A stretch of 64,000 bases of DNA from Kofleriaceae bacterium (GTDB taxonomy: Bacteria; Myxococcota_A; Polyangia; Haliangiales; Haliangiaceae): positions 118,105 to 182,104 of the forward strand of contig JACKDR010000001.1 in the NCBI GenBank assembly GCA_020633495.1, given 5' to 3'. Of this stretch, positions 54,491 through 63,989 are shown piece after piece. Numbering within the stretch: position 1 is the stretch's first letter; each line of letters begins with the position of its first letter. A program made the position numbers and the translations under genes. The notes under the pieces are model-generated. The model was not told the origin of the DNA. It worked only from the letters and a program-made list of their open reading frames with translations, and made no database searches.

Positions 54491-56704
54491 TCACCCCGCC
54501 GGCGGTGGGGCCGGCGGCGGGGCCAGCAGCGGCCCCTTCGACGCCGCCGGGGCGTCGTCGCCGAGGACGCTGCGGCTGGTGGCGCGGCCCGGCAGCCAGC
54601 GATCGAGCGCGCCGACGTACCACGACGCGCCGAGGCCGAGCAGGACGAGCAGCACCAGGTACAGGCGCCACGGCCGCTGCTTGTCGGCGTAGGGATCGTC
54701 GAGGTTGCGCCTGGAGCCCGGCGGCAGGGCCGCGAGCTCGGTCAGCGCGGCGCCGAACGCGACGTTGACGCGGGCCCGGCCGTTGATCGCCCAGCCGTTG
54801 GCGTCGAGGATCGGGCCCAGGCTGCGGTGGCGCAGCTTCATCCACGCCAGCATCATCGACGGGCCGGAGATCAGGAGCAGCAGCGCCAGCAGGCCCAGCG
54901 GCATCCACGCCCCCAGCCCGGTGAACGCGGCGACGATCCCGACGACCATCGCGCCGATGCCGCCGACCGCGACGCCGATCGCGGCGACGGTGCCGATGTC
55001 GATCTTCTTGGGCGCGGGCTTGGCGGCGTCCTTGGCCGGGGCCGCGGCGGCGGCGGCCTTGTCGGCGGTCGCGATCTGCGTCGCGGCGGCGCCGACCTTG
55101 GCGTCGGCGGCGGCCTCGGCGGCCTGGGCCCGCTTGGCCGCCAGGTCCTCGACCATGCGGACCAGCTTCTTGTACGGCGCCCAGAACGCCTCGCGCACGC
55201 TGATCGGGTTCGACACCACCTTGGTGATCGTCGCGTCCCAGCTGTCGCCCTTGCGATCGTAGTAGACGCCGTTGCGGCCGACGAAGACGTACTCGGCGTC
55301 GCCGTTGGTGAACGCCGCGACGATCGACTTCTTGGTCGCGCCGCGGACGACGTCGCAGTAGGCCAGGCACGCCGACGTCAGCGGCGCCAGGGTGGCGTGC
55401 TTGCCGGCGTCGGCGACCGGCAGGCAAAGGCGGCTGGCGCGGGCGTCGAGGTACAGCGTGCCGCACTGGAAGGCGCCGTCCTTGCGGCTGTAGAAGTCGG
55501 AGAAGTTGACGAAGTTGCGCAGCACCCGGCCGAGGTCGCGCTGCAGGCGCAGCGTCTTCTCGACGTCGGTCAGCGCGTCGTACTCGGGCGCGACCTCGAG
55601 ATCCTCGGCGATCAGCGCCGCGATCCGCGCGCGCTCGTCGCCGCCCGCGATCGCGGCGACCCGGTCGAGGCCGAGCTTGTCGACCGCGACGTCGGGGCGA
55701 TCCTTGCGCCACGCCGCGTGGGCGTCGAAGCGAGCGGCCACGGTCGCGAGGTCGGCGGCGGTGAGCTCGCCGCGCTCGCCGAGCAGCGGGGTCACGACCT
55801 TGGTCATGAACGCGTCGAGCCGGGCGGTCCACGCCGGGTTGAGGGGACCGGCCAGGCGGAGCACGCCGCCGGCGTCGATCGGTGCCAGGGGCAGCCGCGC
55901 GACCTCCTCGGCGTCGCCGGTCAGGGTCAGCGTCCGCAGCGCCGCGAGATCCTCGTCGGTGCCGCCCAGCGCGGCGGCGGCGCGCGGATCGAACGCGACC
56001 ACGCGGGCGCGCGCGAAGTAGTCCTCGAGCTTGGCCCGGATCGCGACCAGGGCGTCGTGGGCGGCGCCGGTGGCGGCGCCGAGCCCCTCGACCCAGGTCG
56101 CCTCGCCCGCCGCCGCCCACGCGGCGAGGCGGTCGATCTGCTCGCCGAAGGTCTCGAGCAGCTTGGCGTCGACGCCCGGCTTGCCGCTGCGATCGGGCAC
56201 CGATCCGACGGTGGCGATCACGTCCTCGATGACCTGCGCGACCGCCGCCTCGTCGCCGGCGCTGGCCGGCGTGACCACGCCGTCGCCGTTGAACCGGGTC
56301 TTCTCGAAGGTCTTGACCACCTCGAGCGCGTCGCCGAGCGTGACCTCCTTGGCGTCGGGCTTGTCGAGCAGGGTCAGGACCCGGCGCGCCGCGGTCTTGA
56401 CCTTGCCGTCCTTGAGCGCGGCCAGCGCGACGACGTCCTTGCTCGCCAGCACGTCGCCGGGCTCGACCCAGACGCCGGCGACGAACTCGATCGCGGTGAG
56501 GACGTCGGCGATCCGGATCCGGCCGTCGTTGTCGATGTCGATCATCGCCAGCGTGGCGGGATCGATGTCGACCCCGGCCGTGGGCATCGCCAGGGCGACC
56601 CACAGCTTCTGATCGAGCTCGGGCAGGGCGAGCAGATCGGCGCCGTTGCGCAGGCTGACCTGATCGACCCCGCCGGCGCGGAAGAACTCCCATCGGTGAC
56701 TCAT
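54491..56704 (-). CDS. large hypothetical protein with EF-hand-like Ca-binding loop and C-terminal TM hairpin
   Basis: The ORF is clean at 737 aa. It contains DIDNDGRIRIADVL (DxDxDG), a C-terminal Ala/Lys-rich linker, two or three TM helices and a Pro-rich tail. Confidence 0.55.
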   Translation of the reverse strand: MSHRWEFFRAGGVDQVSLRNGADLLALPELDQKLWVALAMPTAGVDIDPATLAMIDIDNDGRIRIADVLTAIEFVAGVWVEPGDVLASKDVVALAALKDGKVKTAARRVLTLLDKPDAKEVTLGDALEVVKTFEKTRFNGDGVVTPASAGDEAAVAQVIEDVIATVGSVPDRSGKPGVDAKLLETFGEQIDRLAAWAAAGEATWVEGLGAATGAAHDALVAIRAKLEDYFARARVVAFDPRAAAALGGTDEDLAALRTLTLTGDAEEVARLPLAPIDAGGVLRLAGPLNPAWTARLDAFMTKVVTPLLGERGELTAADLATVAARFDAHAAWRKDRPDVAVDKLGLDRVAAIAGGDERARIAALIAEDLEVAPEYDALTDVEKTLRLQRDLGRVLRNFVNFSDFYSRKDGAFQCGTLYLDARASRLCLPVADAGKHATLAPLTSACLAYCDVVRGATKKSIVAAFTNGDAEYVFVGRNGVYYDRKGDSWDATITKVVSNPISVREAFWAPYKKLVRMVEDLAAKRAQAAEAAADAKVGAAATQIATADKAAAAAAPAKDAAKPAPKKIDIGTVAAIGVAVGGIGAMVVGIVAAFTGLGAWMPLGLLALLLLISGPSMMLAWMKLRHRSLGPILDANGWAINGRARVNVAFGAALTELAALPPGSRRNLDDPYADKQRPWRLYLVLLVLLGLGASWYVGALDRWLPGRATSRSVLGDDAPAASKGPLLAPPPAPPPAG

Positions 56705-56831
56705 CGTGGCGCTCCCGGTTGTCGTCGTTCGCTCGGTGGCAGCGGCGACGCGGCCGCGCCCGCATCCTAGCCGGGTTCCCGACCCGCCGCCGGGCGCCGG
56801 CCGCCGGTTCGCGCGGCCCCGCGTCGACCGA

Positions 56832-57335
56832 TCACGCCACCGGCGACGCCGCGATCAGATCCTCTCGGAGGCGGGTCAGGATCTGTCCGAGCAGGTTCTG
56901 CCCTCGCCAGCGGCTGCGGTCGGTGGCGTGCGGGCTCGACGACGTCATGCCGATGCCCCAGATCCGATCGGTCGGGCTGGCCTCGACCAGCTCGGTCCCG
57001 GCGGTCGCGAGCAGGACCTCACGCAGCGCGGGGTTCTGCGTGAACTTGGCGTGGTTGCCGCGGTAGACGATCGCCTCCCGCGCCTGCCGCCACGCGCGGT
57101 CGTCGAAGTTGCGGACCTTGCGGCCGAGCGCCTTGTGCTGCCGCGGATCGACGGCGGCGAGGATCTGCGCGGCGACGTCGGCGTCGTCGAACAGCACCGC
57201 CTTGCCGTGCATCATGAACTGCTCCGCGCACCCGAACGTGGCGCCGTCGACGACGAACGTCGCCGGGTGCCACTGCGAGAACGGGGAGTCGGGGCGCCAG
57301 AAGAAGGTGAAGCCGTCGCGGGTCTCGGTGGTCAC
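56832..57335 (-). CDS. NADAR-family protein (YbiA/DUF1768-like)
   Basis: The sequence FTFFWRPDSPFSQWHPATFVVDGATFGCAEQFMMHGKA...IWGIG matches NADAR-family signatures. Confidence 0.7.
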   Translation of the reverse strand: MTTETRDGFTFFWRPDSPFSQWHPATFVVDGATFGCAEQFMMHGKAVLFDDADVAAQILAAVDPRQHKALGRKVRNFDDRAWRQAREAIVYRGNHAKFTQNPALREVLLATAGTELVEASPTDRIWGIGMTSSSPHATDRSRWRGQNLLGQILTRLREDLIAASPVA

Positions 57336-57410
57336 GGGGTGCTCCTCGTTCGTGTATGCACGACACTAACACGACGACGACGAGGCGCCCAGCGCGATCG
57401 CGAACCCCCA

Positions 57411-57490
57411 GCAGCATTCTTCAAATCATCGTTTCCATTCATCCATTTTAGAATGTAGAAAGTTGCGCTTCTCACTTATTGATCGTGAGA
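57411..57490. promoter_or_regulatory. AT-rich island (about 35% GC against a 74% background) in a divergent intergenic region; contains the inverted repeat TCTCAC-N10-GTGAGA
   Basis: The island reads ...agcattcttcaaatcatcgtttccattcatccattttagaatgtagaaagttgcgcttctcacttattgatcgtgaga... It lies between the NADAR gene start (57335, minus) and the FG-GAP lipoprotein start (57516, plus). Confidence 0.5.
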
Positions 57491-57515
57491 CCGCGGCCTG
57501 TGTAGGTTGCGCGCC

Positions 57516-58883
57516 ATGAAGCTCCTGGCTGGATCGGCCGCGCTGCTGCTCGTCGCGGCCTGCGGCGACGCCGGCGACGCCACCGGCGGCGACGTCACGC
57601 CCGCCGACGCCGCCGCGGCCCCCGACGTCGCGGCGCCCGCGATCGACGCGGCGCCCGCGATCGACGCGCCGCCGGCGCCGTCCGTCACCTTCACCCGCCA
57701 CACCGTCGACGACGACGCCGACGGCCCGGCCTACGTCGCGGTCGCCGACCTCGACGACGACCCGGCGCCCGAGCTGGTGGTGTCGTCGCTCGGCAAGTCC
57801 GGCTTCCCGCCGGTCGGCACGGTCGCGATCTACGATCGCGGCGCCGACCTCGACGGCTGGACCCGGACCGTGCTCGACCCCAGCGTCGGGTTCCCCGGCC
57901 AGCCGACGATCGTGGACGTCGACGGCGACGACGACCTCGACGTCATCCTGCCGTCCGGCTTCCTGGTGTGCGCGATCGCCGGCAGCCCGTGCGGCGGTCT
58001 GGCCTGGTACGAGCACGACGGCGCGACCTGGACCAAGCACGCGCTGGTGTCGGGAAGCGCGCTGTTCTACCACCACGTCGAGCTCGTCGACGTCGACGGC
58101 GACGGCCGCGTCGACCTCGTCACCACCGGCGAGGAGCAGACGTTCGGCGGCGGCGCCAGCCGCGCCGTCGTCCAGTGGTTCGCCGGCACCGACGACGCCG
58201 ACCGGTTCGCGGCCACGCCGCACGTCATCGGCGACGGCGGCGGCAGCTTCCCGCGGGTGCTCGACGTCGACGGCGACGGCGACCTCGACGTCGCGTCCGC
58301 CGAGTTCTTCGTCGCCGGCGGATCGTTCGCGTGGTTCGAGCGCACCGCCGCGCCCGGTCCCGACCCCCCCGACGGCACCTGGGTGCGCCACGCGATCGAC
58401 GCCGACAGCGGCCCCGCGATCATGCTGACGCCGGTGCCGGACCTGTTCGGCGACGGCACGCTGCGCTACGTCGGCAGCAACCACACCAACACCGCCAAGA
58501 CGCCGCCCGACGCGTGGCCGTCGGCGGTGTTCGCGCTGACCCCGGGCGCCGACGCCACCGCGCCCTGGACCAAGACCGCGATCTCGACCGGCATCGAGTC
58601 GCGCCCGGGCAGCATGTTCTCGCCGATGGCGGCGCCGGGCATCGTCGGGGTCGGCGACGTCGACGACGACGGCGACGTCGACGTCCTGGTCTCGGGCGAC
58701 GGCGACGTCCACGCCTACTGGCTCGAGCAGACCGTCCCCGGCACGTTCGCGACCCACGTCCTCGAGGCGTCGCTGGGCCAGGCCGGCGGCGTCACCGTCG
58801 TCGACCTCGACGGCGACGGCGACCACGAGTCGATCATGACCGGCTACGAGGACGACGCGATCTACGTCTACGACCACGACTAG
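57516..58883 (+). CDS. FG-GAP/VCBS-repeat lipoprotein
   Basis: The start MKLLAGSAALLLVAACGD has a lipobox. Multiple DVDGDGxxDL repeats are present. Confidence 0.65.
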   Translation: MKLLAGSAALLLVAACGDAGDATGGDVTPADAAAAPDVAAPAIDAAPAIDAPPAPSVTFTRHTVDDDADGPAYVAVADLDDDPAPELVVSSLGKSGFPPVGTVAIYDRGADLDGWTRTVLDPSVGFPGQPTIVDVDGDDDLDVILPSGFLVCAIAGSPCGGLAWYEHDGATWTKHALVSGSALFYHHVELVDVDGDGRVDLVTTGEEQTFGGGASRAVVQWFAGTDDADRFAATPHVIGDGGGSFPRVLDVDGDGDLDVASAEFFVAGGSFAWFERTAAPGPDPPDGTWVRHAIDADSGPAIMLTPVPDLFGDGTLRYVGSNHTNTAKTPPDAWPSAVFALTPGADATAPWTKTAISTGIESRPGSMFSPMAAPGIVGVGDVDDDGDVDVLVSGDGDVHAYWLEQTVPGTFATHVLEASLGQAGGVTVVDLDGDGDHESIMTGYEDDAIYVYDHD

Positions 58884-58892
58884 GAGCCCGCG

Positions 58893-59396
58893 ATGCGCAC
58901 CCTGTCCCTGATCGCCGCGACCACGGTCGCCGCGCTGAGCTTCGCCTGCGGTGGCGGCGATGGCGACGGCGACGGCGACGACACGACCGCGGCCGACGCC
59001 GCCGCGGCCCCCGACGCCGCCACCCCCGACGCCGCCACCCCCGACGCCGCCCCGGCGGCCTCGCACCTCACGGTCCACGTCCCCGACGACTTCGCCGGCA
59101 CGACGCGGCAGCTGGTGGTCGTCTACCACCCGCAGCCGACGCTCAGCGGCGCCCCCACCGGCTCGCTGTACCAGGCCAACGCCCCGGCGCTGACCGCCGG
59201 CGCCGACGTCGACCTCGCGGTCGATCCGATCGGGGTCACCGGCACCTACTACGTCACGACCGTCCTCTACATGGTCGGCGGCGGCCAGTTCGTCCCGGCG
59301 TCCGGCATCGACTACCTGGCCACGTCGACGACGTCGTTCGAGTTCGACGGCGGCCCGATGGACCTCGGCGCGATCGATCTCGCCCTCGCCCCCTGA
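58893..59396 (+). CDS. lipoprotein, unknown function
   Basis: The start is MRTLSLIAATTVAALSFACGGGDGDGDG. A beta-rich domain follows. Confidence 0.5.
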   Translation: MRTLSLIAATTVAALSFACGGGDGDGDGDDTTAADAAAAPDAATPDAATPDAAPAASHLTVHVPDDFAGTTRQLVVVYHPQPTLSGAPTGSLYQANAPALTAGADVDLAVDPIGVTGTYYVTTVLYMVGGGQFVPASGIDYLATSTTSFEFDGGPMDLGAIDLALAP

Positions 59397-59433
59397 CCCG
59401 GCGGCGCCGCCGCCCGCGACCTCGGAGCTGACC

Positions 59434-62271
59434 ATGCGTTCGCGTGTCACCGCGCTCGGTGTCCTGGTGATCGGCGTGGCCGTCGTGGCCTGCGCCGGCG
59501 ACGACGTCCCCGCCGCGGACGGCCCCTGTCCGGCCGCCCTGGATCCGGCGCCGGCCGGCGCGGCGACGCCGCCGATCGCGGAGGCGGTCACGCCGCGCAC
59601 CGCACGGATCCGGATCACGATCGACCCCAGCGACCCGTCGCTGGCGTCGCCGCAGCGCGAGCCGCAGGCGGCGCCGCTGACCGCCACCGTCGAGGACGGC
59701 ACGCTGACCGTGCGCGGCGGCGTCAAGCGGTTCGCGCTCCACCCCGAGCGGCTGTTCGTCGAGCTGTACCTGGTCGAGGGCAGCGCCACCGGCTGGGCCG
59801 ACGCCATCGCCGCGGTCGACGACGTCACCGGCGCGGCCGCGGTCTACGACCTGGCGATCGATCCGCTGTCGGCGCCGGTCGCGACCGCGTCGCTGCCGAT
59901 CGGCGGCATCGCGCCCGAGGGCGTGGCCCGGCTCCGCGTCGGCTTCGACCTCGCCGCCGCCGACGCGCCGCTGGCGTTCACCCTCGACGTCACCGGCCGC
60001 GCCACCACCCGCACCGCGCGGTCGAGCGCGCCGATCGCGATCACCGGCGACGGCGCCGAGGCCTGGGCCACGTTCGGCGACGGCGACGTCCTCGCCGTGA
60101 TCGACACCGTCACCGACGCCCGCGTCGCCCAGGTCGCCGCCGCCGGCCGCCCGACCAGCGTCGCGATCACGCCCGACGACGCGCTGGTGCTGACCACCTG
60201 CGCCGACTGCAACCAGCTCGTGGTCGTCGACCGCGCCCGCCGCGAGGTCGTGCAGCGCCTCGGCGAGGCCGAGGGCCTGGGCCGCGACCCGCGCCACGTC
60301 GTGATCGCCCCCGACGGCACCCGCGCGTGGGTCAGCGCCGCGGTCGGCGACACCGTCACCGTGCTCGAGCGGGTCGGCGATCGTTTCCGGGTCCGGACCA
60401 CGATCCCGGTCGGCCGCCGGCCCAGCGGCCTGTCGGTCAGCCCCGACGGCGCCACCGTCTACGTCGCCCACTTCCTGCCGCGCGGCCCGATCCGCGACAA
60501 CGAGGGCTGGGTGTCGGTGATCGACGGCGAGCGCGACGTCGTCGTCGGCGACGCCGTGCTGCGCGACGACGGCGACGAGGCCGAGGCCGGGTGCCTGGCC
60601 CTGGTCGACGCGTTCGGCGACCACACCGCCGCCGAGCTCAGCTTCGAGGCCACGCCGACCCAGCTCGCCGGCGTCTTCCTCGATCCCGGCGGCCACACCG
60701 GCTGGGTGCCCGGGCTGCGGGTCGCCGGCTTCCCGATCTTCGAGGGCGATCCGTCGGCGCTCGGCTTCCAGTTCCTCGCCCTCGGCGCCAACTCGCCCGC
60801 GATGCTGTTCCCGCTCGACCTGCGGACGCCGCGCGCGCCCGCGTTCCCCAAGGTCGGCGCGATCGTCGACATCACCGACCGGTCCGAGGACTTCCTGGCG
60901 TGCGTGCCCGCCACCGAGGACGCCGAGGCGGTGCGGGCCCGCGCCGGCGCCACCGCCGACGAGACGATCTACGCCGGGGTCACGATCCCGTCGCAGGGGA
61001 CGTTCCTCGACGAGACCGGCGTGGCGCGGTTCGTCGGCTTCAGCCGGGGCGGCCGCCGCGTCCTGGTCCTGTCGTACGTCGCCGACGAGCTCGCCGTCCT
61101 CGACGGCGCCACCGGCAGCCCGCTGGCGCGCCACCACCTGCCGCTGTCGGGCTCGAACCCGATCGGCCTGGCGGTCACGCCCGACGGCGCCAAGGCCTAC
61201 GTCGCCTACGAGAACAGCACGTTCGTGTCGGTGCTCGACCTCGGCGACTACGCCGGCGACGGCGCCGCGCTGCCGCGACCGACGGTCGTGCCGTACCGGC
61301 TCGATCCCGGCGCCGGCGCCGGCCAGGGCGCCGCGATCATCACGTTCCTGATGCTGACCCGCTCCGTCGCCGGCGTGCCGGCGCGGCCGCCGCTCGCCGA
61401 GGTCGCGCAGGTGCCGGTGGTCGACGCCGACCCGCTCGATCCCGAGCTGCGCCGCGGCAAGGTCCTGTTCACGTCGTCGAACCCCGACAAGTACCCGACG
61501 CTGTCGGGCGGTCGCCAGGCGGCGTGCGCGGCGTGCCACCCCGACGGCGGCAACGACGGCACCGCGTGGTCGACGATGGAGGGCGAGCGCCGCACGATCG
61601 GGCTGTGGGGCGGCGTCGCCGGCCGCGGCTGGCTGCACGCGTCGGCGACCCACCGCGGCGTCGCCGACTTCGCGACCACGATCGTGCGCGAGCGGCTCGG
61701 CGGCACCGGCCTGTCGGCGGCCGACGAGGCCGCGCTGTCGCGCTGGGTCGCGCACGGCATCCCGGCGCGGCAGCGCCCGGTGGTCGATGACGCCGAGGCG
61801 GCCCGGGGCGCGACCCTGTTCGCCGCGCACTGCGCCGGCTGCCACGCCGCCGCCGACGGCTCGGGGGGCCCGGTCGCGCCCGACGATCCCTACGGCGGCG
61901 GCGATCCGGCCGGCCCGCGCCTGGTCGACGTCGGCACCGCGACCGACTGGGCGTCGGTGACGCTGGGCGCGGCCTACACCCGCCTGTTCCCGCCGGTGGC
62001 GCGGCGCGTGCTCGACGCGCTCCGCGGCGACCGCGACCTCGGCACCGGCGACCTGGTGCAGGACACGCTGCACTTCACGCCGCGCCCCGACCGCGGCCGC
62101 GGCCGGCTCAAGGTCCCGACGCTGACCAACACCTGGGAGAACGTCGTGTGGTTCCACGACGGCCGCTTCACCTCGCTCGACGACGTGGTCGCCTACTTCG
62201 ACGACCGTGACGGCCTCGGCCTGTCGGCGGCGGATCGCGCGGCGCTGGTCGCGTACCTGAAGACCCGGTAG
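59434..62271 (+). CDS. lipoprotein: YVTN/beta-propeller repeat region fused to C-terminal di-haem cytochrome c peroxidase-like domain
   Basis: The N-terminus has a signal peptide with lipobox VACAG. Repeated VxxDGxxAYV/YVAxxxxxxVxVID blocks are present. The C-terminus carries two CXXCH motifs (CAACHPDGGNDGTAWST and CAGCHAAADG) in a CCP/MauG-like spacing. Confidence 0.65.
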   Translation: MRSRVTALGVLVIGVAVVACAGDDVPAADGPCPAALDPAPAGAATPPIAEAVTPRTARIRITIDPSDPSLASPQREPQAAPLTATVEDGTLTVRGGVKRFALHPERLFVELYLVEGSATGWADAIAAVDDVTGAAAVYDLAIDPLSAPVATASLPIGGIAPEGVARLRVGFDLAAADAPLAFTLDVTGRATTRTARSSAPIAITGDGAEAWATFGDGDVLAVIDTVTDARVAQVAAAGRPTSVAITPDDALVLTTCADCNQLVVVDRARREVVQRLGEAEGLGRDPRHVVIAPDGTRAWVSAAVGDTVTVLERVGDRFRVRTTIPVGRRPSGLSVSPDGATVYVAHFLPRGPIRDNEGWVSVIDGERDVVVGDAVLRDDGDEAEAGCLALVDAFGDHTAAELSFEATPTQLAGVFLDPGGHTGWVPGLRVAGFPIFEGDPSALGFQFLALGANSPAMLFPLDLRTPRAPAFPKVGAIVDITDRSEDFLACVPATEDAEAVRARAGATADETIYAGVTIPSQGTFLDETGVARFVGFSRGGRRVLVLSYVADELAVLDGATGSPLARHHLPLSGSNPIGLAVTPDGAKAYVAYENSTFVSVLDLGDYAGDGAALPRPTVVPYRLDPGAGAGQGAAIITFLMLTRSVAGVPARPPLAEVAQVPVVDADPLDPELRRGKVLFTSSNPDKYPTLSGGRQAACAACHPDGGNDGTAWSTMEGERRTIGLWGGVAGRGWLHASATHRGVADFATTIVRERLGGTGLSAADEAALSRWVAHGIPARQRPVVDDAEAARGATLFAAHCAGCHAAADGSGGPVAPDDPYGGGDPAGPRLVDVGTATDWASVTLGAAYTRLFPPVARRVLDALRGDRDLGTGDLVQDTLHFTPRPDRGRGRLKVPTLTNTWENVVWFHDGRFTSLDDVVAYFDDRDGLGLSAADRAALVAYLKTR

Positions 62272-62299
62272 CCGGGCCAGGCGAGCGCGCCGCGCCGGG

Positions 62300-62788
62300 T
62301 CAGGCCTGGGCCATGCTCGCCTTGCGGGCGGCCGCGATCTGCTTGTAGATGGCCTCGATGTCGGCGCCGGGCTTGCCGTCGACGACCGCCTGGAACGCGT
62401 CGAGCAGCTCGATCGCGTTGCGGACGACGCCGGTGCCGAGCTGGTGCAGCGTCTGGGCGTCGATGCCGTCGGCGGGGAACACCGGCACGGTCAGCCGGCA
62501 GTACAGGCGATGGCTGCCGTGGTCGAAGCCGAAGCCGCCGACCTCGAGCAGGTTGTTGAGCCGCACCAGCGCCTCGCTGACGTCGGCGACGCGATCCGCC
62601 GGCACCTCCAGCATGAAGTGGATGAGCTGGAGGAACGGCACGGTGCGCTCCCACTTGACGAACAGGTTGCCGGGCAGCGGCCCGGTGCTCGGCAGCTCGA
62701 CCAGCTGCTGCGCGGGCGCCGCCTTGTGCGGCAGCTGGTTGCCGTCGAGGAAGGCGAGGAAGTCGTCGAAGGAGTGCAGCCGGGTCAT
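62300..62788 (-). CDS. YbjN-like domain protein
   Basis: The ORF is clean at 162 aa and resembles the YbjN/T3SS-chaperone-like fold (LFVKWERTVPFLQLIHFMLEVP...HRLYCRLTVPVF). Confidence 0.5.
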   Translation of the reverse strand: MTRLHSFDDFLAFLDGNQLPHKAAPAQQLVELPSTGPLPGNLFVKWERTVPFLQLIHFMLEVPADRVADVSEALVRLNNLLEVGGFGFDHGSHRLYCRLTVPVFPADGIDAQTLHQLGTGVVRNAIELLDAFQAVVDGKPGADIEAIYKQIAAARKASMAQA

Positions 62789-62834
62789 CTCGGCCCGACC
62801 CTAGCACGCGGCGCGACGGCGGCCGCGGCGCCGA

Positions 62835-63989
62835 TCAGCCGGGCGCCAGCGTCAGCTCGACCACGAACGTGGCGTCGGTCGCGTCGCCGTCGTCGTCGGT
62901 GGGCCGCGGGAAGACCCAGCTCGACAGCAGGCCGTCGACGCAGGCCGCGACCTCGGGGGCGACGCCGCTGGCCTTGGCCGCGGTGGTGCGGCCGGAGTCG
63001 GCGACGGTGAAGCCCAGCGTCATCGCGCCGCCCAGGGTCGGATCGGCCTTCAGGGCGTGCCGGTAGCAGCGCAGCAGCCCCGCCATGTACACGGACAGGA
63101 TCTTGCGCTGGACGTCGGCGCCGGCCAGCGAGCTGTCGTCGAGGGCGCGGACCGACGCGATCTGGATCCGGCCGGCGGGCGCGGGGTGGCGGGACGGCCC
63201 GGGGGGATCGACGACGATGCCGCCCGAGGTGCCGCCCGCGGGGCCGCCGCCGCCGCCGCCGCCGCCGCCGACCGCGACACGAGCGTCCGCGTCCTCGACG
63301 GCCGCGAGCTGCTGCGCGAGATCGGCGCCGGGGTCACGGTGACCGGCGATGCTGTCGATGCTGTCGAGGCCGTCGTCACCCTCGGCGATCAGCAGCTCGG
63401 CGAAGCGCGCGGCCTCGTCGGCGAGCGCGGCGCGGTCGTCCTGTCGCGCGGCCGCCGCCGAGGCCGCGGCCGCCTCCGACGCCGCGACCGCCGCCGCCAC
63501 CGCGGGCGGCACACCGAGCAGCAGGTCGGGGAACAGCTCGGCGCCGTCGTCGCCGCGGCGCACCGCCGCCAGCGTCGCGACCTGATCGCCCGCCGGGACG
63601 TCGGCGTCGGCGACCACCAGCAGCTGGCGATCGGCGGCGTCCCGGGTCGCGCCGCCGGAGAAGCGGCGCCGGACCACGTCGGCCAGCGCGGTGCGGACCC
63701 GCGCCAGCCAGGCGCCGTCGGGATCGCGCTCGAGGTCGACCAGGGGCGCCTGCAGCGTGCCCTCGCGCCCGGACAGCGACCACAGCTCGGCGCGGTGCGC
63801 GTGCAGCGACAGCACCAGGCGCAGCGGGGCGCGATCGGGCTCCGCCGGATCGAGCGCGTCCGCCGCCGCCAGCTCGGGCAGCGCGAGCGGCACCGCGCCC
63901 ACCGCGTCGCCGCGGCGCAGGACCAGCGCGAAGCGGGGCCCCAGCGGCTTCAGCGCGCCGATCACGGCGACCAGCGTCGCCGACGGCAC
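62835..63989 (-). CDS. hypothetical protein (may extend past the window end)
   Basis: The ORF is protein-like and Ala/Asp-rich, with a poly-Gly tract. The first Met is at 63989, 11 nt from the window edge. Confidence 0.4.
   Translation of the reverse strand: MPSATLVAVIGALKPLGPRFALVLRRGDAVGAVPLALPELAAADALDPAEPDRAPLRLVLSLHAHRAELWSLSGREGTLQAPLVDLERDPDGAWLARVRTALADVVRRRFSGGATRDAADRQLLVVADADVPAGDQVATLAAVRRGDDGAELFPDLLLGVPPAVAAAVAASEAAAASAAAARQDDRAALADEAARFAELLIAEGDDGLDSIDSIAGHRDPGADLAQQLAAVEDADARVAVGGGGGGGGGPAGGTSGGIVVDPPGPSRHPAPAGRIQIASVRALDDSSLAGADVQRKILSVYMAGLLRCYRHALKADPTLGGAMTLGFTVADSGRTTAAKASGVAPEVAACVDGLLSSWVFPRPTDDDGDATDATFVVELTLAPG

Noticed and set aside
54306-56765. 819-aa minus-strand ORF in the alternate frame of the EF-hand protein, and the 766-aa plus-strand ORF 54470..56770
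   Set aside because: Both are Arg/Gly/Asp-rich junk. ORF 54491..56704 carries all the protein-like sequence.
57426-62157. 800-aa and 967-aa minus-strand ORFs antisense to the FG-GAP and CCP-propeller genes
   Set aside because: Low-complexity translations. The plus strand has signal peptides, repeats and CXXCH motifs.
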